Assembly: GCA_944323785.1 (NCBI GenBank)
Contig: CALUTU010000005.1
Location: 39,319-103,318, forward strand
Direction: 5' to 3'
From: an uncultured Bacteroidales bacterium
GTDB lineage: Bacteria > Bacteroidota > Bacteroidia > Bacteroidales > UBA932
DNA length: 64,000 nucleotides
Below, piece by piece: positions 1 to 10,665 of the stretch. How positions within the stretch are numbered: position 1 is the stretch's first letter; every line of letters begins with the position of its first letter. The position numbers and the translations under genes were made by a program. Below the pieces are notes generated by a model. It had not been told where the DNA came from, ran no database searches, and saw only the letters and a list, made by a program, of their open reading frames with translations.

Positions 1-24
1 TGCAGATTAGGTTAAAGTATAGAT

Positions 25-792
25 ATGGGTAAAATTATTGCTGTAGCTAATCAGAAAGGAGGGGTCGGGAAGACCACGACAGCCATCAATCTGGCTGCAT
101 CGCTGGCTGTTTTGGAAAAAAGGACTCTGCTGATCGACGCTGATCCGCAAGCCAATACAACATCAGGACTGGATTTTGACCCTGATTCAGAGCAGGGCAA
201 TACTTTATACGAGGTCCTTATCGGCAAGAAAGAGATGAAAGACGTGATAATGGACACCGAGATAAAGGATCTCAAGATAATTCCGTCACACATCAACCTG
301 GTAGGCGCGGAGATTGAGCTTATCAACGTGAGCGACAAGGAACTGGCCATGAGAAAGGCACTTGACAAAGTGCTGGACCGGTTCGAGTACATCATCATCG
401 ACTGTCCTCCTTCCCTGGGCCTGATCACAGTCAACTGCCTGACGGCTTCCAATTCTGTAATAATCCCGGTTCAGACCGAGTACTTCGCCCTGGAAGGACT
501 GGGAAAGCTGCTCAACACCATCAAGCTGATACAGGTACGTCTCAATCCAGGGCTCCGGATAGAAGGATTCCTGCTTACTATGTATGACGGCCGGCTCAGA
601 CTGGCCAATCAGGTAGTGGAAGATGTCCGCCATCATTTCGGAAGCATGGTTTTCAACACCATTATCCAGCGCAATGTCCGTCTAAGCGAAGCACCTTCTC
701 ACGGAAAGCCGGTAATACTGTATGACGCCGTATCCGCAGGAACAAACAACTATCTCAATCTGGCCAAGGAAATAATATCTAAAAATTCATAA
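25..792 (+). CDS. parA: ParA/Soj chromosome-partitioning ATPase
   Basis: 255-aa ORF with the deviant Walker A KGGVGKTT near the N-terminus. Followed 4 nt later by parB. Confidence 0.95.
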   Translation: MGKIIAVANQKGGVGKTTTAINLAASLAVLEKRTLLIDADPQANTTSGLDFDPDSEQGNTLYEVLIGKKEMKDVIMDTEIKDLKIIPSHINLVGAEIELINVSDKELAMRKALDKVLDRFEYIIIDCPPSLGLITVNCLTASNSVIIPVQTEYFALEGLGKLLNTIKLIQVRLNPGLRIEGFLLTMYDGRLRLANQVVEDVRHHFGSMVFNTIIQRNVRLSEAPSHGKPVILYDAVSAGTNNYLNLAKEIISKNS

Positions 793-795
793 CGT

Positions 796-1725
796 ATGGC
801 AAACAAAAGAGACGCACTGGGCAAAGGGCTCGGAGCCCTGATATCCGGCATAGACAGTCTCGGCGTGACCCAGACGGTTCCAGCCGAAGACACTATTGGG
901 AATGATCCCGTCAGGAATCCCGCTTCCATATGTGAGATTCCCGTCGAGAAGATATCCGCCAACCCTTACCAGCCCAGGAGTAATTTTGACGAGGATGCTC
1001 TCGCCGAACTCACTGAGTCCATCAGGCAGCTCGGCATAATCCAGCCTATAACGGTACGCAAAATAGGTCTCCGATATCAGATTATAAGCGGGGAACGTCG
1101 GTTTAAAGCCGCCTCCGCCGCCGGACTGAGCACCATACCTGCATATATAAAGGAGACAGATAATCAGGGCATGCTTGAAATGGCCATCGTTGAGAACATC
1201 CAGAGAGAAGACCTGGATGCGATAGAAGTCGCGCTGAGTTTTCAAAGGCTCATTGACGAATGCAACCTGACACAGGATGCCATGGCCGATAAAGTCGGTA
1301 AGAAAAGGGCAACCGTGGCCAACTACCTCAGACTGCTCAAGCTTCCTGCAGAGATCCAGGTATGCATCAGAGACGGAAAGATATCCATGGGACATGCAAA
1401 GGCCATACTCTCGCTGAATGATCCGGTCGCTCAGCTGAGCCTGTGCGACGACATCATCAAACGCAATCTGTCGGTCAGACAGGCTGAGGCCAAAGCCCAG
1501 AACATGCTGAAGAGAGGTGACAGGAGCAGAGAAGCCGAGGATAAGAAAGCATCATCCGAACTGCCTGACAGCTACTACAGAGTACTGGAGATAGTCGGAA
1601 GGTATTTTGGAAACAATATAAGCATCAAAAGATCGGAGCAGGGTAAAGGCAGTTTCACTATCCAGTTCTCATCGGATGCAGAAGTGGAATCATTTTTGAG
1701 AGCGATTGAGAACATCAACCAATAA
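796..1725 (+). CDS. parB: ParB/Spo0J chromosome-partitioning protein
   Basis: 309-aa ORF with the ParB-box motif GERRFKAA and an HTH region. Adjacent to parA. Confidence 0.93.
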   Translation: MANKRDALGKGLGALISGIDSLGVTQTVPAEDTIGNDPVRNPASICEIPVEKISANPYQPRSNFDEDALAELTESIRQLGIIQPITVRKIGLRYQIISGERRFKAASAAGLSTIPAYIKETDNQGMLEMAIVENIQREDLDAIEVALSFQRLIDECNLTQDAMADKVGKKRATVANYLRLLKLPAEIQVCIRDGKISMGHAKAILSLNDPVAQLSLCDDIIKRNLSVRQAEAKAQNMLKRGDRSREAEDKKASSELPDSYYRVLEIVGRYFGNNISIKRSEQGKGSFTIQFSSDAEVESFLRAIENINQ

Positions 1726-2653
1726 AACGCCTAGAGACGTGCGCAAGACAGTCCTGATAGTACTTATATCACTGCTGCTTCCTTTACAAGCTTCTGCCCA
1801 GTTTATCAACAGTGGCGGAAGCGGGAGCATCCCGGGTTCAGGCATCTCGTCAGATTCATCTTCAAAAGAAGAATCATACACCTTGAAAAGATATTTCAAG
1901 TCTCTTGCTCACAGAGACTCGATGTCTATAGGCTGGGCCTTCGCAGGTTCATTTATTCTGCCCGGAACAGCCCAGATATACAATGAAGATTACTGGAAAC
2001 TGCCTATAATCTACGCCGGTATCGGCGGTATGCTCGGTGGAGGATTCTACTACAACTCTCAGTTCAAGAAGACAGGAAGTGAGTCTGACAAGCTGGCCAG
2101 GAACCTCTTTTTCATAGGCGCAGCCGCCTTCTACTGGGGGCAGCTGCTGGATGGAGCCGCAAGTTATAAATCCTACCGTCCGCATCTGCCGGGAAGGGCC
2201 ACCATATATTCCGCATTGCTTCCAGGACTGGGACAAATATACAACCGGGAATATTGGAAACTGCCGATATATTATGGGGGGCTGGCTGTCGCCGGATACT
2301 GCTGGTACTACAATGACCTACAGTACAAACGTTTCCAACATGATTACAATATGGCCACCCAGCCTGGAGGTAATTACACCGGCAACCTGTCCGTAGACAA
2401 TCTCCAATACTACAGAGACTACTACCGCCGTTACCGGGACTACTCAATAGTAGCGACGGTTCTGATATATATCATACAGATTATTGATGCCGATGTATTC
2501 GCCACTATGAGCGAATTCGATGTCAATCAGAACCTCAGTATGGATATAGAGCCGGCCATCATCGAACCCATCAACTACGATTTCACCACCAACTACACTC
2601 TTGCCATGCCTACCGGCAGCGCAATGGGTGTTAGAATGAATTTCAGATTTTAA
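1706..2653 (+). CDS. Membrane protein with duplicated PGxxQIYN-YWKLPIxY motif (DUF5683-like)
   Basis: 315-aa ORF with a signal peptide and two copies of LPG(T/L)xQIYNxxYWKLPI(I/Y)Y. The position after parB is as I recall for Bacteroidales DUF5683 proteins. Overlaps the parB end by 20 nt. Confidence 0.75.
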   Translation: MRTSTNKTPRDVRKTVLIVLISLLLPLQASAQFINSGGSGSIPGSGISSDSSSKEESYTLKRYFKSLAHRDSMSIGWAFAGSFILPGTAQIYNEDYWKLPIIYAGIGGMLGGGFYYNSQFKKTGSESDKLARNLFFIGAAAFYWGQLLDGAASYKSYRPHLPGRATIYSALLPGLGQIYNREYWKLPIYYGGLAVAGYCWYYNDLQYKRFQHDYNMATQPGGNYTGNLSVDNLQYYRDYYRRYRDYSIVATVLIYIIQIIDADVFATMSEFDVNQNLSMDIEPAIIEPINYDFTTNYTLAMPTGSAMGVRMNFRF

Positions 2654-2656
2654 TTA

Positions 2657-4309
2657 ATGAGACAAACGTTTATACTACTGTTGACAGCAGCTGTTCTCAT
2701 CAGCTTGCCCATCAATGTTTCAGGCAAACCGAAACACGATAAAGAAAAGAAAAAAATAACATTATTTGCATCCCAGGACAGAAAAAGTCTTATTCGGGAA
2801 CGAGACTCTCTTGTCCTGGCAAATGAAGCCCTCATGATGGAACTAGACAGTCTATACAGGAAATACGCTGATCTAGAAGTCTATGAGGAGCTTGCAGAAG
2901 CGGATTCTATCAATATGGGTGCTATGGACATGGACGGGATAGAGTCAATATCGGATACATCTTTCATCTCCAGAGACTCTCTCCTAAGTCTGTGGTACCA
3001 GCAACGCAATCTTAACCTTATGGAGATAGAGCCTTCCGACATAGATACCATAGAGATGGTCTCCGACATACCGGACTCGGTATACATCAGCCGGCTACAA
3101 AAACTTAATCCATATATATCCGTGCCCTACAACCGAATCATACGCAACCACATAGTCTACTACACCCAGAAGATGCCCGAGAAGATGGAAAGGATACTCG
3201 GACTCGCCACCTATTATATCCCCATCTTCGAAGAGATATTTGACCAATACGACATGCCTCTGGAGCTCACCGCCATGGCCGTCATAGAATCGGCACTGAA
3301 TACAAAAGCCGTCTCCAGAGCCAGGGCCAAAGGCATGTGGCAGTTCATGTATTCCACAGCCAAGAGGTATGGCCTGACCATTAATTCCTATGTGGACGAG
3401 AGATTCGACCCTATCGCTTCCGCTCATGCGGCTGCCAGATATCTGCGTGACTCATACCTTATCTTCGGAGACTGGTCTCTGGCCATTGCCTCCTACAACT
3501 GCGGAGCCGGCAACGTCAACAAGGCCATCCGCCGTTCCGGCGGTTCAAAGGACTTCTGGGAAATCTACCCGTACCTTCCCAGGGAGACCAGAGGATATGT
3601 GCCTTCGTTCTTCGCCGCTCTCTATGCGATGAAATACTACAAAGAGCACAATCTCACACCGGAATTCATCCCTATGCCGCCCCATACGGACACCATCAAG
3701 GTCAACAAAATGCTGCATTTCGAACAGATAGCCCACTACACCGGAGCCAGCATCGAGGAGTTGCGCACGCACAATCCGCAGTACCTGCATGACATCATCC
3801 CCGGTACGGAGAAAGAGTATATCCTCCAGTTGCCATACCAGTACACAGGTGCGTTCATTGACCACGAAAAAGAGATATACGCCTACAAGGATTCCGTATA
3901 TTTCAGTCCGGCGGCGATGAAACAGATACAGCAGTCCGCCGAGCCGTCCAAGATTACCCACCGGGTAAAGCGCGGAGAGACACTGAGTCACATCGCTCTC
4001 AGATACGGAGTCACGGTAAAGAATATCCAGAGATGGAACGGCATAGGCACACGCATACGGGAGGGCCAGAGACTGGCCATCTATACCAACGGCAGCGGTC
4101 CGTCCGCCAAATCATCCTCAGGCGGGAAGGTGAGCACGAGCGTATCCAACGGATATGTGATGTACACTGTCCGCTCCGGAGACAATCTCTGGAACATCGC
4201 CAAGAAATTCAGCGGAGTGAGCGTAAGCGACATCCAGCGTCTCAACGGGCTGAGCAAGAACAGCAAGATATATCCCGGCAAGAAGCTCAAAATCAAAAAG
4301 GCCAACTAA
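2657..4309 (+). CDS. Lytic transglycosylase (SLT domain) with two C-terminal LysM domains, MltD-like
   Basis: 550-aa ORF with a signal peptide. SLT catalytic region is ESALNTKAVSRARAKGMWQFM. Two LysM repeats are present (HRVKRGETLSHIALRYGV..., YTVRSGDNLWNIAKKFSGV...). Confidence 0.9.
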   Translation: MRQTFILLLTAAVLISLPINVSGKPKHDKEKKKITLFASQDRKSLIRERDSLVLANEALMMELDSLYRKYADLEVYEELAEADSINMGAMDMDGIESISDTSFISRDSLLSLWYQQRNLNLMEIEPSDIDTIEMVSDIPDSVYISRLQKLNPYISVPYNRIIRNHIVYYTQKMPEKMERILGLATYYIPIFEEIFDQYDMPLELTAMAVIESALNTKAVSRARAKGMWQFMYSTAKRYGLTINSYVDERFDPIASAHAAARYLRDSYLIFGDWSLAIASYNCGAGNVNKAIRRSGGSKDFWEIYPYLPRETRGYVPSFFAALYAMKYYKEHNLTPEFIPMPPHTDTIKVNKMLHFEQIAHYTGASIEELRTHNPQYLHDIIPGTEKEYILQLPYQYTGAFIDHEKEIYAYKDSVYFSPAAMKQIQQSAEPSKITHRVKRGETLSHIALRYGVTVKNIQRWNGIGTRIREGQRLAIYTNGSGPSAKSSSGGKVSTSVSNGYVMYTVRSGDNLWNIAKKFSGVSVSDIQRLNGLSKNSKIYPGKKLKIKKAN

Positions 4310-6218
4310 GCTGCAGCCTGAATCTCAGACAGTCTTTCTCCGAGTCCGCATACTTGGAGGCCGAGCATTTGAGACTCAGGTTGAACCACCTTACGGGCTT
4401 GTATGTCAGAAGCGCATACAGGCCCGCTCCTTTTCCGTAATACGCAGGGACTGAGAACGAACCGGGCACATCCCCCTCATAGCAGTACACTCTGGAGTCC
4501 CAGTCCTCAGTCCAGAATACAGTGGCACGGACCGAGCACCTGAAACGTCCCGACGGGGTGCGGTATCCCGCTTCCTGGAACAGCAGCCCGCCCATACTGC
4601 CGGCATAAGTGCCCTCAAAGCGCGTGGACAGCTCCAGCCCGCTGTTTCCGACGTAACTGTATTCCGCTCTCAATCTGAGCTGACGGGTTCCCCGCCCGTT
4701 GTCATATGTCCCGCTGATCTTGGCATACAGCGAATGTTCCTGTGTCACGCTCCAACCGCAGTCCAGCGATGCCCTCAAGGCATCCGAGGGCGTTCTCACA
4801 CCGAAGCGGGCATAGGGAAAATGAGTATATTCCACCGATGAGGACAGGGTAACATCCCGCACCGGAGTCCATCTCAGGGCAACCGAGACCCCATGCTCGT
4901 TGTTGACGTTGCTGCGGCAATAGGCTCCGGCGTGAGTCGCAATATAGTCCTTGGAATAATACCTGTACACCACGGATGTTTCCACCGAGGAGGAGAACGG
5001 ATATACCGCGCCCAGTATTCCAGCAAAGTCAAAGTCCTTGTCCAGGGCCGCCTCACCAAAGATCCTGGCACCTCTGAATGAAAGCAGAAAATCCACGGAG
5101 GCATTGCCCCACCAGCCGTCATACCGCAGGTGAGCATTGTAATAGGAAGTCCTCCTGCCGTCCAGCCTGTCATACCGGTAGGCGGCGACTGTCGCTCCCG
5201 CCTTCAGCCAGCTGTTCCTCCAGGAAACATTCGCCCCGGTCACCTGCTCCCGCAGAGCGTCTCTTGCGGCACGGTCCGCATCGCTGTCATGCAGTCCGTC
5301 TTCCGGCTTGGAGACGAAATACTCCCCCTCCACTTTCGCATCCTGACCGTTGTCCGAGTAAAATACGGTCGCCTCAATTCCCGCCGGAAAAGCGAGAGTC
5401 AAGCCGGCACCGTGAAAATAATTGTTCTCGTCCGTGGATGTGTAGGGACGGACTCCAGCCTGTCTCCTTACGAACGTGGAAGGCGAGGCCAGAGACGACA
5501 TAGAGAACCCGCTCCAGAGCACCAGGCCCTGGCCCAGACGCAGCGAGTAATTCCCGGCCACGGCACTGACAAGACGGTAACGGCCGTCCCTGGAGAGATT
5601 TATATCACCGGCCGAGACATAAAACGAATAAAAATCCGGGAATCCGTACTCACCGGCATCGCTTTCCATGGTAAAGCCCGCGCCATACTGCCCGTTCAAC
5701 TCCGCACTGAACTTGGTCAACAGCGGTACCGGCAGGCCGTCATTATCCTCCTTTTTCCGCTTCAGGTCCCATTTTGTCCGGAATACCAGCTTGCCCGACA
5801 CATCCAGCCGTCTGTCTTCCTTCACCTCACCGGGCAGGAATGTCACAAACGGCCTCAGGACTCTCACCTTCTCCGCATCGAAGCCGTCCACCAGCGACAG
5901 CTCCGCTTCCGAGGAGACTGCTCCGTATTCTGCCCTGTATTCGAGCAGACTGGCCACCATGAACGGGGTCATCAGCGGGAAGGCCTCCAAAGCCTCCCTG
6001 TCCGCCATATTGAGGTCCAGCGGCCTGGTCATAAGTCCCGCCAGGTATTCCGCCAGCTCTTCCGGATCTTCCCCGCCGGCTTCGCACTGCTCCTCGATCA
6101 TACGTACTATGGCATCCGGCAGTTCCTGAGCCTTCACCGGCACACTGCACAACAAAAAAGCCGCTCCGAGAAGGGCGGCTCCGTAAACTATCGTCTTCCC
6201 TTCAAATCTCCCCCACAT
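4293..6218 (-). CDS. Helix-hairpin-helix (ComEA-like) N-terminal domain protein with a large C-terminal, probably beta-barrel, domain
   Basis: 641-aa ORF with a signal peptide (…LLCSVPVKAQ). HhH-like region reads LNMADREALEAFPLMTPFMVASLLEYRAEYG. The C-terminal part is rich in alternating aromatic/polar strands and ends in ...LQLSWPF. The plus-strand ORFs across it are R/P/S-rich junk. Confidence 0.8.
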   Translation of the reverse strand: MWGRFEGKTIVYGAALLGAAFLLCSVPVKAQELPDAIVRMIEEQCEAGGEDPEELAEYLAGLMTRPLDLNMADREALEAFPLMTPFMVASLLEYRAEYGAVSSEAELSLVDGFDAEKVRVLRPFVTFLPGEVKEDRRLDVSGKLVFRTKWDLKRKKEDNDGLPVPLLTKFSAELNGQYGAGFTMESDAGEYGFPDFYSFYVSAGDINLSRDGRYRLVSAVAGNYSLRLGQGLVLWSGFSMSSLASPSTFVRRQAGVRPYTSTDENNYFHGAGLTLAFPAGIEATVFYSDNGQDAKVEGEYFVSKPEDGLHDSDADRAARDALREQVTGANVSWRNSWLKAGATVAAYRYDRLDGRRTSYYNAHLRYDGWWGNASVDFLLSFRGARIFGEAALDKDFDFAGILGAVYPFSSSVETSVVYRYYSKDYIATHAGAYCRSNVNNEHGVSVALRWTPVRDVTLSSSVEYTHFPYARFGVRTPSDALRASLDCGWSVTQEHSLYAKISGTYDNGRGTRQLRLRAEYSYVGNSGLELSTRFEGTYAGSMGGLLFQEAGYRTPSGRFRCSVRATVFWTEDWDSRVYCYEGDVPGSFSVPAYYGKGAGLYALLTYKPVRWFNLSLKCSASKYADSEKDCLRFRLQLSWPF

Positions 6219-6246
6219 ACCAGACTTATTTGAGTCTTCTACATCG

Positions 6247-6759
6247 TCAATCGACTTTAAACTTGTACTTTATCTCCTTGAGCTCCCTGTTGGCCTTCTC
6301 TATCTTCGAGGCCAGGTCGGTCTTGAAGGCCACGACTTTTTCCATCACGGCCGGATCCCCTGTTCCGATAATCTGAGCCGCAAGGATAGCCGCATTCTTG
6401 GCCCCGTCGAGGGCGACAGTCGCCACAGGTATGCCGGAAGGCATCTGTAGGATAGACAGTACCGAGTCCCAGCCGTCCATCGAGTTGGATGACTTGATGG
6501 GCACTCCTATCACAGGTACAGGTGTGTAGGCAGCTATCACTCCAGGCAGGTGAGCCGCACCTCCGGCGCCTGCGATTATCACCTTGATGCCCCTCTCCTT
6601 GGCTGCAGTGGCGAACTGCATCACCTGCACGGGCACCCTGTGAGCCGACAAGGCGTTGATCTCAAACGGTATTTCCATCGAATCGAGAAACTCCACAGCC
6701 TGTTTCATCACCGGCATGTCAGAAGTGCTTCCCATGATAATAGATACTATCGGTTTCAT
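6247..6759 (-). CDS. purE: 5-(carboxyamino)imidazole ribonucleotide mutase
   Basis: 170-aa ORF. Has the N-terminal IIMGSTSD motif and typical PurE length. Confidence 0.93.
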   Translation of the reverse strand: MKPIVSIIMGSTSDMPVMKQAVEFLDSMEIPFEINALSAHRVPVQVMQFATAAKERGIKVIIAGAGGAAHLPGVIAAYTPVPVIGVPIKSSNSMDGWDSVLSILQMPSGIPVATVALDGAKNAAILAAQIIGTGDPAVMEKVVAFKTDLASKIEKANRELKEIKYKFKVD

Positions 6760-6839
6760 CTTGTACTGATTTACATTGTTCAGTGCAAATTTAATCTAAA
6801 AAAACTTTATTTCTGCTTTTTTTGCCTTACTTTTGCGTT

Positions 6840-7376
6840 ATGGACAGGATAAAACTTCACGACAGGTATTTCAAGCTTTTCATTTCCAATGAGAAGATAG
6901 AGGAAGCTGTCAGAAAGACAGCGGAGCAGTTGAACCGGGACTACGCGGGCTCAGACACGCCGGTATTTCTGAGCGTACTCAACGGCTCGTTTATGTTCAC
7001 GGCCTCCCTGATGAAGTACATCAACTTCCTCTCCGAACTGTCTTTCGTCAAGATGGCCTCTTACTGCGGCACCTCGTCCACCGGTCAGGTCAAGCAGCTC
7101 ATAGGACTGTCTGACAGCCTCAGAGGCAGACGTGTCATCATCGTAGAGGACATAGTGGACACCGGCAAGACCATCACGGACATGTATGCCCTGCTGCAGG
7201 ATATGGGCGTGAGCGACATCAGAGTCTGCACCCTGTTCCTCAAGCCCGGCACCTACAAGGGCAATGTCAGGATAGACTACCACGCCATGGAGATAGGCAA
7301 CGAGTTCATAGTCGGTTACGGTCTGGACTACGACCAGCTCGGACGCCAGCTCCAGGACATCTACATCGTCGAATAA
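6840..7376 (+). CDS. hpt: Hypoxanthine phosphoribosyltransferase
   Basis: PRPP-binding motif VIIVEDIVDTGKT. Start moved to the internal ATG at 6840 (MDRIKL...) because a TAnnTTTG box lies at 6828-6835, inside the longer ORF. Confidence 0.9.
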   Translation: MDRIKLHDRYFKLFISNEKIEEAVRKTAEQLNRDYAGSDTPVFLSVLNGSFMFTASLMKYINFLSELSFVKMASYCGTSSTGQVKQLIGLSDSLRGRRVIIVEDIVDTGKTITDMYALLQDMGVSDIRVCTLFLKPGTYKGNVRIDYHAMEIGNEFIVGYGLDYDQLGRQLQDIYIVE

Positions 7377-7404
7377 CTAACTGTATTACAAACATATCAA
7401 CATC

Positions 7405-7974
7405 ATGAGATACTATATCCTATTCGGTCCTCCGGGCGCAGGCAAAGGCACCCAGGCCAAACAGATAGTGGACAGATACCATTACCTTCACATTTCCACC
7501 GGCGACCTTCTCCGTCATGAGATCGAGGCCGGCACCGAACTCGGAAAGAAAGCGGCTGAGCTTATCGAAAGGGGCGACCTCGTCCCGGATGAAGTGGTTG
7601 TCGGTATGATCCGCAGAAAGATTACCGACAATCCCCACATCAAGGGCTTCCTCTTCGACGGATTTCCCCGCACCATCGCCCAGGCCGAGACCCTGGACAG
7701 CATGCTGAATGAGTTCGGCGGAAAAGTAGACGCCGTCATCTCACTTACACTGGAGGACAAGCTGGTGTACGACCGCATCCTCCACAGGGCCATGATCGAG
7801 AACCGCAAGGACGACATGGACCGGGCCACCATCGAGCACCGCATCTCCACCTATCACCAGAAGACAGAGCCCCTTATCACCTACTACAAAGGTAAGGGCA
7901 ACTACCGCGAGATAGAGGGCAACGATACCATTGAGCACGTATTCGCCAACATTTCCCGCATCCTCGACGAATAA
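7405..7974 (+). CDS. adk: Adenylate kinase
   Basis: 189-aa ORF with the P-loop GPPGAGKGTQ. Short-lid form. Confidence 0.95.
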   Translation: MRYYILFGPPGAGKGTQAKQIVDRYHYLHISTGDLLRHEIEAGTELGKKAAELIERGDLVPDEVVVGMIRRKITDNPHIKGFLFDGFPRTIAQAETLDSMLNEFGGKVDAVISLTLEDKLVYDRILHRAMIENRKDDMDRATIEHRISTYHQKTEPLITYYKGKGNYREIEGNDTIEHVFANISRILDE

Positions 7975-7980
7975 CCATCC

Positions 7981-8982
7981 ATGCCAGGCAGCAATTTCAT
8001 AGACTACGTGAAGATATTCTGTGCTTCGGGAAACGGGGGCAACGGTTCCACGCATCTGAGACGCGAGAAGTACATTCCCAAGGGCGGGCCGGACGGAGGC
8101 GACGGAGGCCGTGGAGGCCACATCATCCTCCGGGGCGATCCGCAGTACTGGACTCTTATCCACCTCAAATACCGCAAGCACATCAAGGCCGAGCACGGAG
8201 GCGCCGGAAGCGGAGGCCTCAGGCACGGAGCCAACGGAGCGGACATCATACTGGACGTACCCCTGGGTACTGTCGCCAAGGATGCCGAGACCGGAGAGGT
8301 GCTCTGCGAGATCATGGAGGCCGGACAACAGGAAATCCTGGTGCGCGGAGGCCGGGGAGGCAAGGGCAACAACTTTTTCAAAACGGCCACCCTGCAGACA
8401 CCACGGTTCGCTCAGGAAGGAGAGCCTGGAAAAGAAGGCTGGTTCATCCTGGAGCTCAAGCTGCTTGCTGACGTAGGGCTGGTAGGCTTTCCCAATGCGG
8501 GCAAATCCACCCTGCTCTCAGCCGTATCAGCCGCCAAGCCCAAAATTGCCGATTATCCTTTCACCACTCTGGAACCCAACCTGGGCATCGTGTCATGCCG
8601 CGACGACCACTCCTTCGTGATGGCCGACATTCCGGGTATCATCGAGGGGGCCCATGAAGGCAAGGGGCTGGGGCTCAGATTCCTCAAGCACATCGAGCGC
8701 AACTCCATGCTGCTTTTCGTAATCCCGGCCGACTCGAAGGACATCAGGGCAGAATACCGCACACTGCTTGGAGAGTTGGAGCAGTTCAATCCCGAACTGC
8801 TGGACAAGGACCGGCTGCTGGGCATCTCCAAGACCGATATTCTGGATGAGGAACTGCGGGCCGGACTGCAGAAAGAACTGCCGGAAGGCATCCCGTCCAT
8901 ATTCTTCTCGTCCGTCAGCGGAGAGAATATCCCGCAGCTCAAGGACATGCTCTGGAACACCCTCAACACTGAAAGACCATGA
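7981..8982 (+). CDS. obgE: GTPase ObgE/CgtA
   Basis: 333-aa ORF with a Gly-rich Obg fold N-terminus and G1 motif GFPNAGKST. Confidence 0.95.
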   Translation: MPGSNFIDYVKIFCASGNGGNGSTHLRREKYIPKGGPDGGDGGRGGHIILRGDPQYWTLIHLKYRKHIKAEHGGAGSGGLRHGANGADIILDVPLGTVAKDAETGEVLCEIMEAGQQEILVRGGRGGKGNNFFKTATLQTPRFAQEGEPGKEGWFILELKLLADVGLVGFPNAGKSTLLSAVSAAKPKIADYPFTTLEPNLGIVSCRDDHSFVMADIPGIIEGAHEGKGLGLRFLKHIERNSMLLFVIPADSKDIRAEYRTLLGELEQFNPELLDKDRLLGISKTDILDEELRAGLQKELPEGIPSIFFSSVSGENIPQLKDMLWNTLNTERP

Positions 8983-9620
8983 TAGACTGGCTGATCAATC
9001 TAGACCACAGCATCACTCTCGGACTTAACGGGATGCATACTCCGTTCTGGAACGAAGTGATGCTCTTTCTGTCCGCCAAGACCGTATGGATTCCACTCTA
9101 CGCGGCCATAGCCATACTGTTTTTCGTACCAAGATGGTATGGGGAAAAGTCTCAGGCGCTCATATCCGGTTCCAGGATTCCACTCTGGCTGACCGGACTC
9201 ATCGGAGTACTTGCCGTACTGCTGTGCTTCGGTCTGACTGAACAAGTGACCAATATCGTCAAGAACATCATTGAACGGCCCAGGCCCGGTAATGAGCCGC
9301 TGCTCCAAGGGCTTCTGCTAAGTCTGCCGGAAGGGGCAGGAGGCGGCTACGGCTTTTTCTCGGCCCACGCCTCCAACACTTTCGGGATGGCCGTATTGAC
9401 GGCACTGATATTCCGACGCAAGTGGTATTCAGTATTTATCGTACTATGGGCAGCCTCCGTATCATTCAGCCGGATTTATCTGGCCAAACACTTTACCACC
9501 GATGTTCTGTGCGGAGCCGTTGCCGGCATACTCATAGGCCTGGCCGTATATTTTCTGTACAAATACATACTGTCCCTGATATCCCGCAAATACACCCGCA
9601 CAGATGATCTGCATAGTTGA
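8979..9620 (+). CDS. PAP2-family phosphatase (membrane)
   Basis: 213-aa ORF with the three acid-phosphatase motifs [14 protein letters not shown] and [16 protein letters not shown] overlap with the obg stop. Confidence 0.85.
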   Translation: MIDWLINLDHSITLGLNGMHTPFWNEVMLFLSAKTVWIPLYAAIAILFFVPRWYGEKSQALISGSRIPLWLTGLIGVLAVLLCFGLTEQVTNIVKNIIERPRPGNEPLLQGLLLSLPEGAGGGYGFFSAHASNTFGMAVLTALIFRRKWYSVFIVLWAASVSFSRIYLAKHFTTDVLCGAVAGILIGLAVYFLYKYILSLISRKYTRTDDLHS

Positions 9621-10596
9621 CGGGACTACAGATCCCTGTTGGAATCTGGCCGCCGAGGAATACCTTCTCACCGACGTGCATGAACCTGTATTCCGGCTCT
9701 GGCGGAATGCCCCGTCCGTCATCATCGGACGGTATCAGAACGCACTGGCCGAGATCAATACCGAATACATACAGACTCACAATATCCCGGTAGTCCGTCG
9801 TCTGACAGGAGGCGGAGCGGTCTTCCACGATCTGGGCAACATCAACTACACCTTCATCGACAAGAAAATCCCGGACGAGGATACCGGAGCGATGTTCCGC
9901 CGCTTCACAGCCCCTATAATCGAGGCCTTGAAAGGCCTTGGCATAAACGCATCCCTCCAGGGCCGCAACGACCTGGTCATAGAAGACCGGAAGTTCTCAG
10001 GCAATGCCGTCTGCGTACACAGCGGGAGAGTGCTGCAGCACGGCACGCTCCTATTCTCGGCCTCCGTAGCCGATCTTTCCGCAGCCCTGAACACCCGCCC
10101 CGAGAAATTCACAGGCAAGAGCGTCCAGTCTAACCGGGCCAGAGTCACAAACATCTCAGAGCACCTGACTGGCACACTGAGAGGAATGTCCGCAGAGGAT
10201 TTCCTCAACTACCTCCAGAGCCGCATCGCCGACAGCAACGGCTGCATCACCCGCAGCTACACTCAGACCGAAACAGCCGGGATAGACCGCTTGAGTGAAA
10301 GCAAGTACGCCACATGGCAATGGAATTTCGGCAACTCCCCGCACTACGGTCTCAACCGGATACGGAAATTCCCCTCCGGCCTCATTGAAGTATCCCTGGA
10401 TGTCTCCGGCGGCATCATACGCTCCTGCTCCATCAGAGGGGACTACTTCTTCACCCGTCCAACAGAAGAAGTGGAGCAGGCCCTGACCGGACTGCCCCAC
10501 TCCTACGGTTCTATCCTGACAGCACTTTCCGCACTGCCCCTGACCGACTATTTCGGTCTAGTCCAAGCATCAGAACTCACATCTCTGTTTTTCTAA
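9604..10596 (+). CDS. lplA: Lipoate-protein ligase A
   Basis: 330-aa ORF with motifs RRLTGGGAVFHD and KFSGNA, plus a C-terminal LplA accessory domain. Confidence 0.9.
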   Translation: MICIVDGTTDPCWNLAAEEYLLTDVHEPVFRLWRNAPSVIIGRYQNALAEINTEYIQTHNIPVVRRLTGGGAVFHDLGNINYTFIDKKIPDEDTGAMFRRFTAPIIEALKGLGINASLQGRNDLVIEDRKFSGNAVCVHSGRVLQHGTLLFSASVADLSAALNTRPEKFTGKSVQSNRARVTNISEHLTGTLRGMSAEDFLNYLQSRIADSNGCITRSYTQTETAGIDRLSESKYATWQWNFGNSPHYGLNRIRKFPSGLIEVSLDVSGGIIRSCSIRGDYFFTRPTEEVEQALTGLPHSYGSILTALSALPLTDYFGLVQASELTSLFF

Positions 10597-10600
10597 TACA

Positions 10601-10637
10601 GAAAAAACCGGAGCCGCAACAAGGGCGACTCCGGTTC
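10601..10637 (-). terminator. Rho-independent terminator (hpf; possibly bidirectional with lplA)
   Basis: Hairpin CCGGAGcCGC...GCGaCTCCGG. On the minus strand it is followed by TTTTTTCTG. Lies between convergent lplA and hpf. Confidence 0.65.
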
Positions 10638-10665
10638 CAATAAGTATGAGATTAATCTTATCCCG

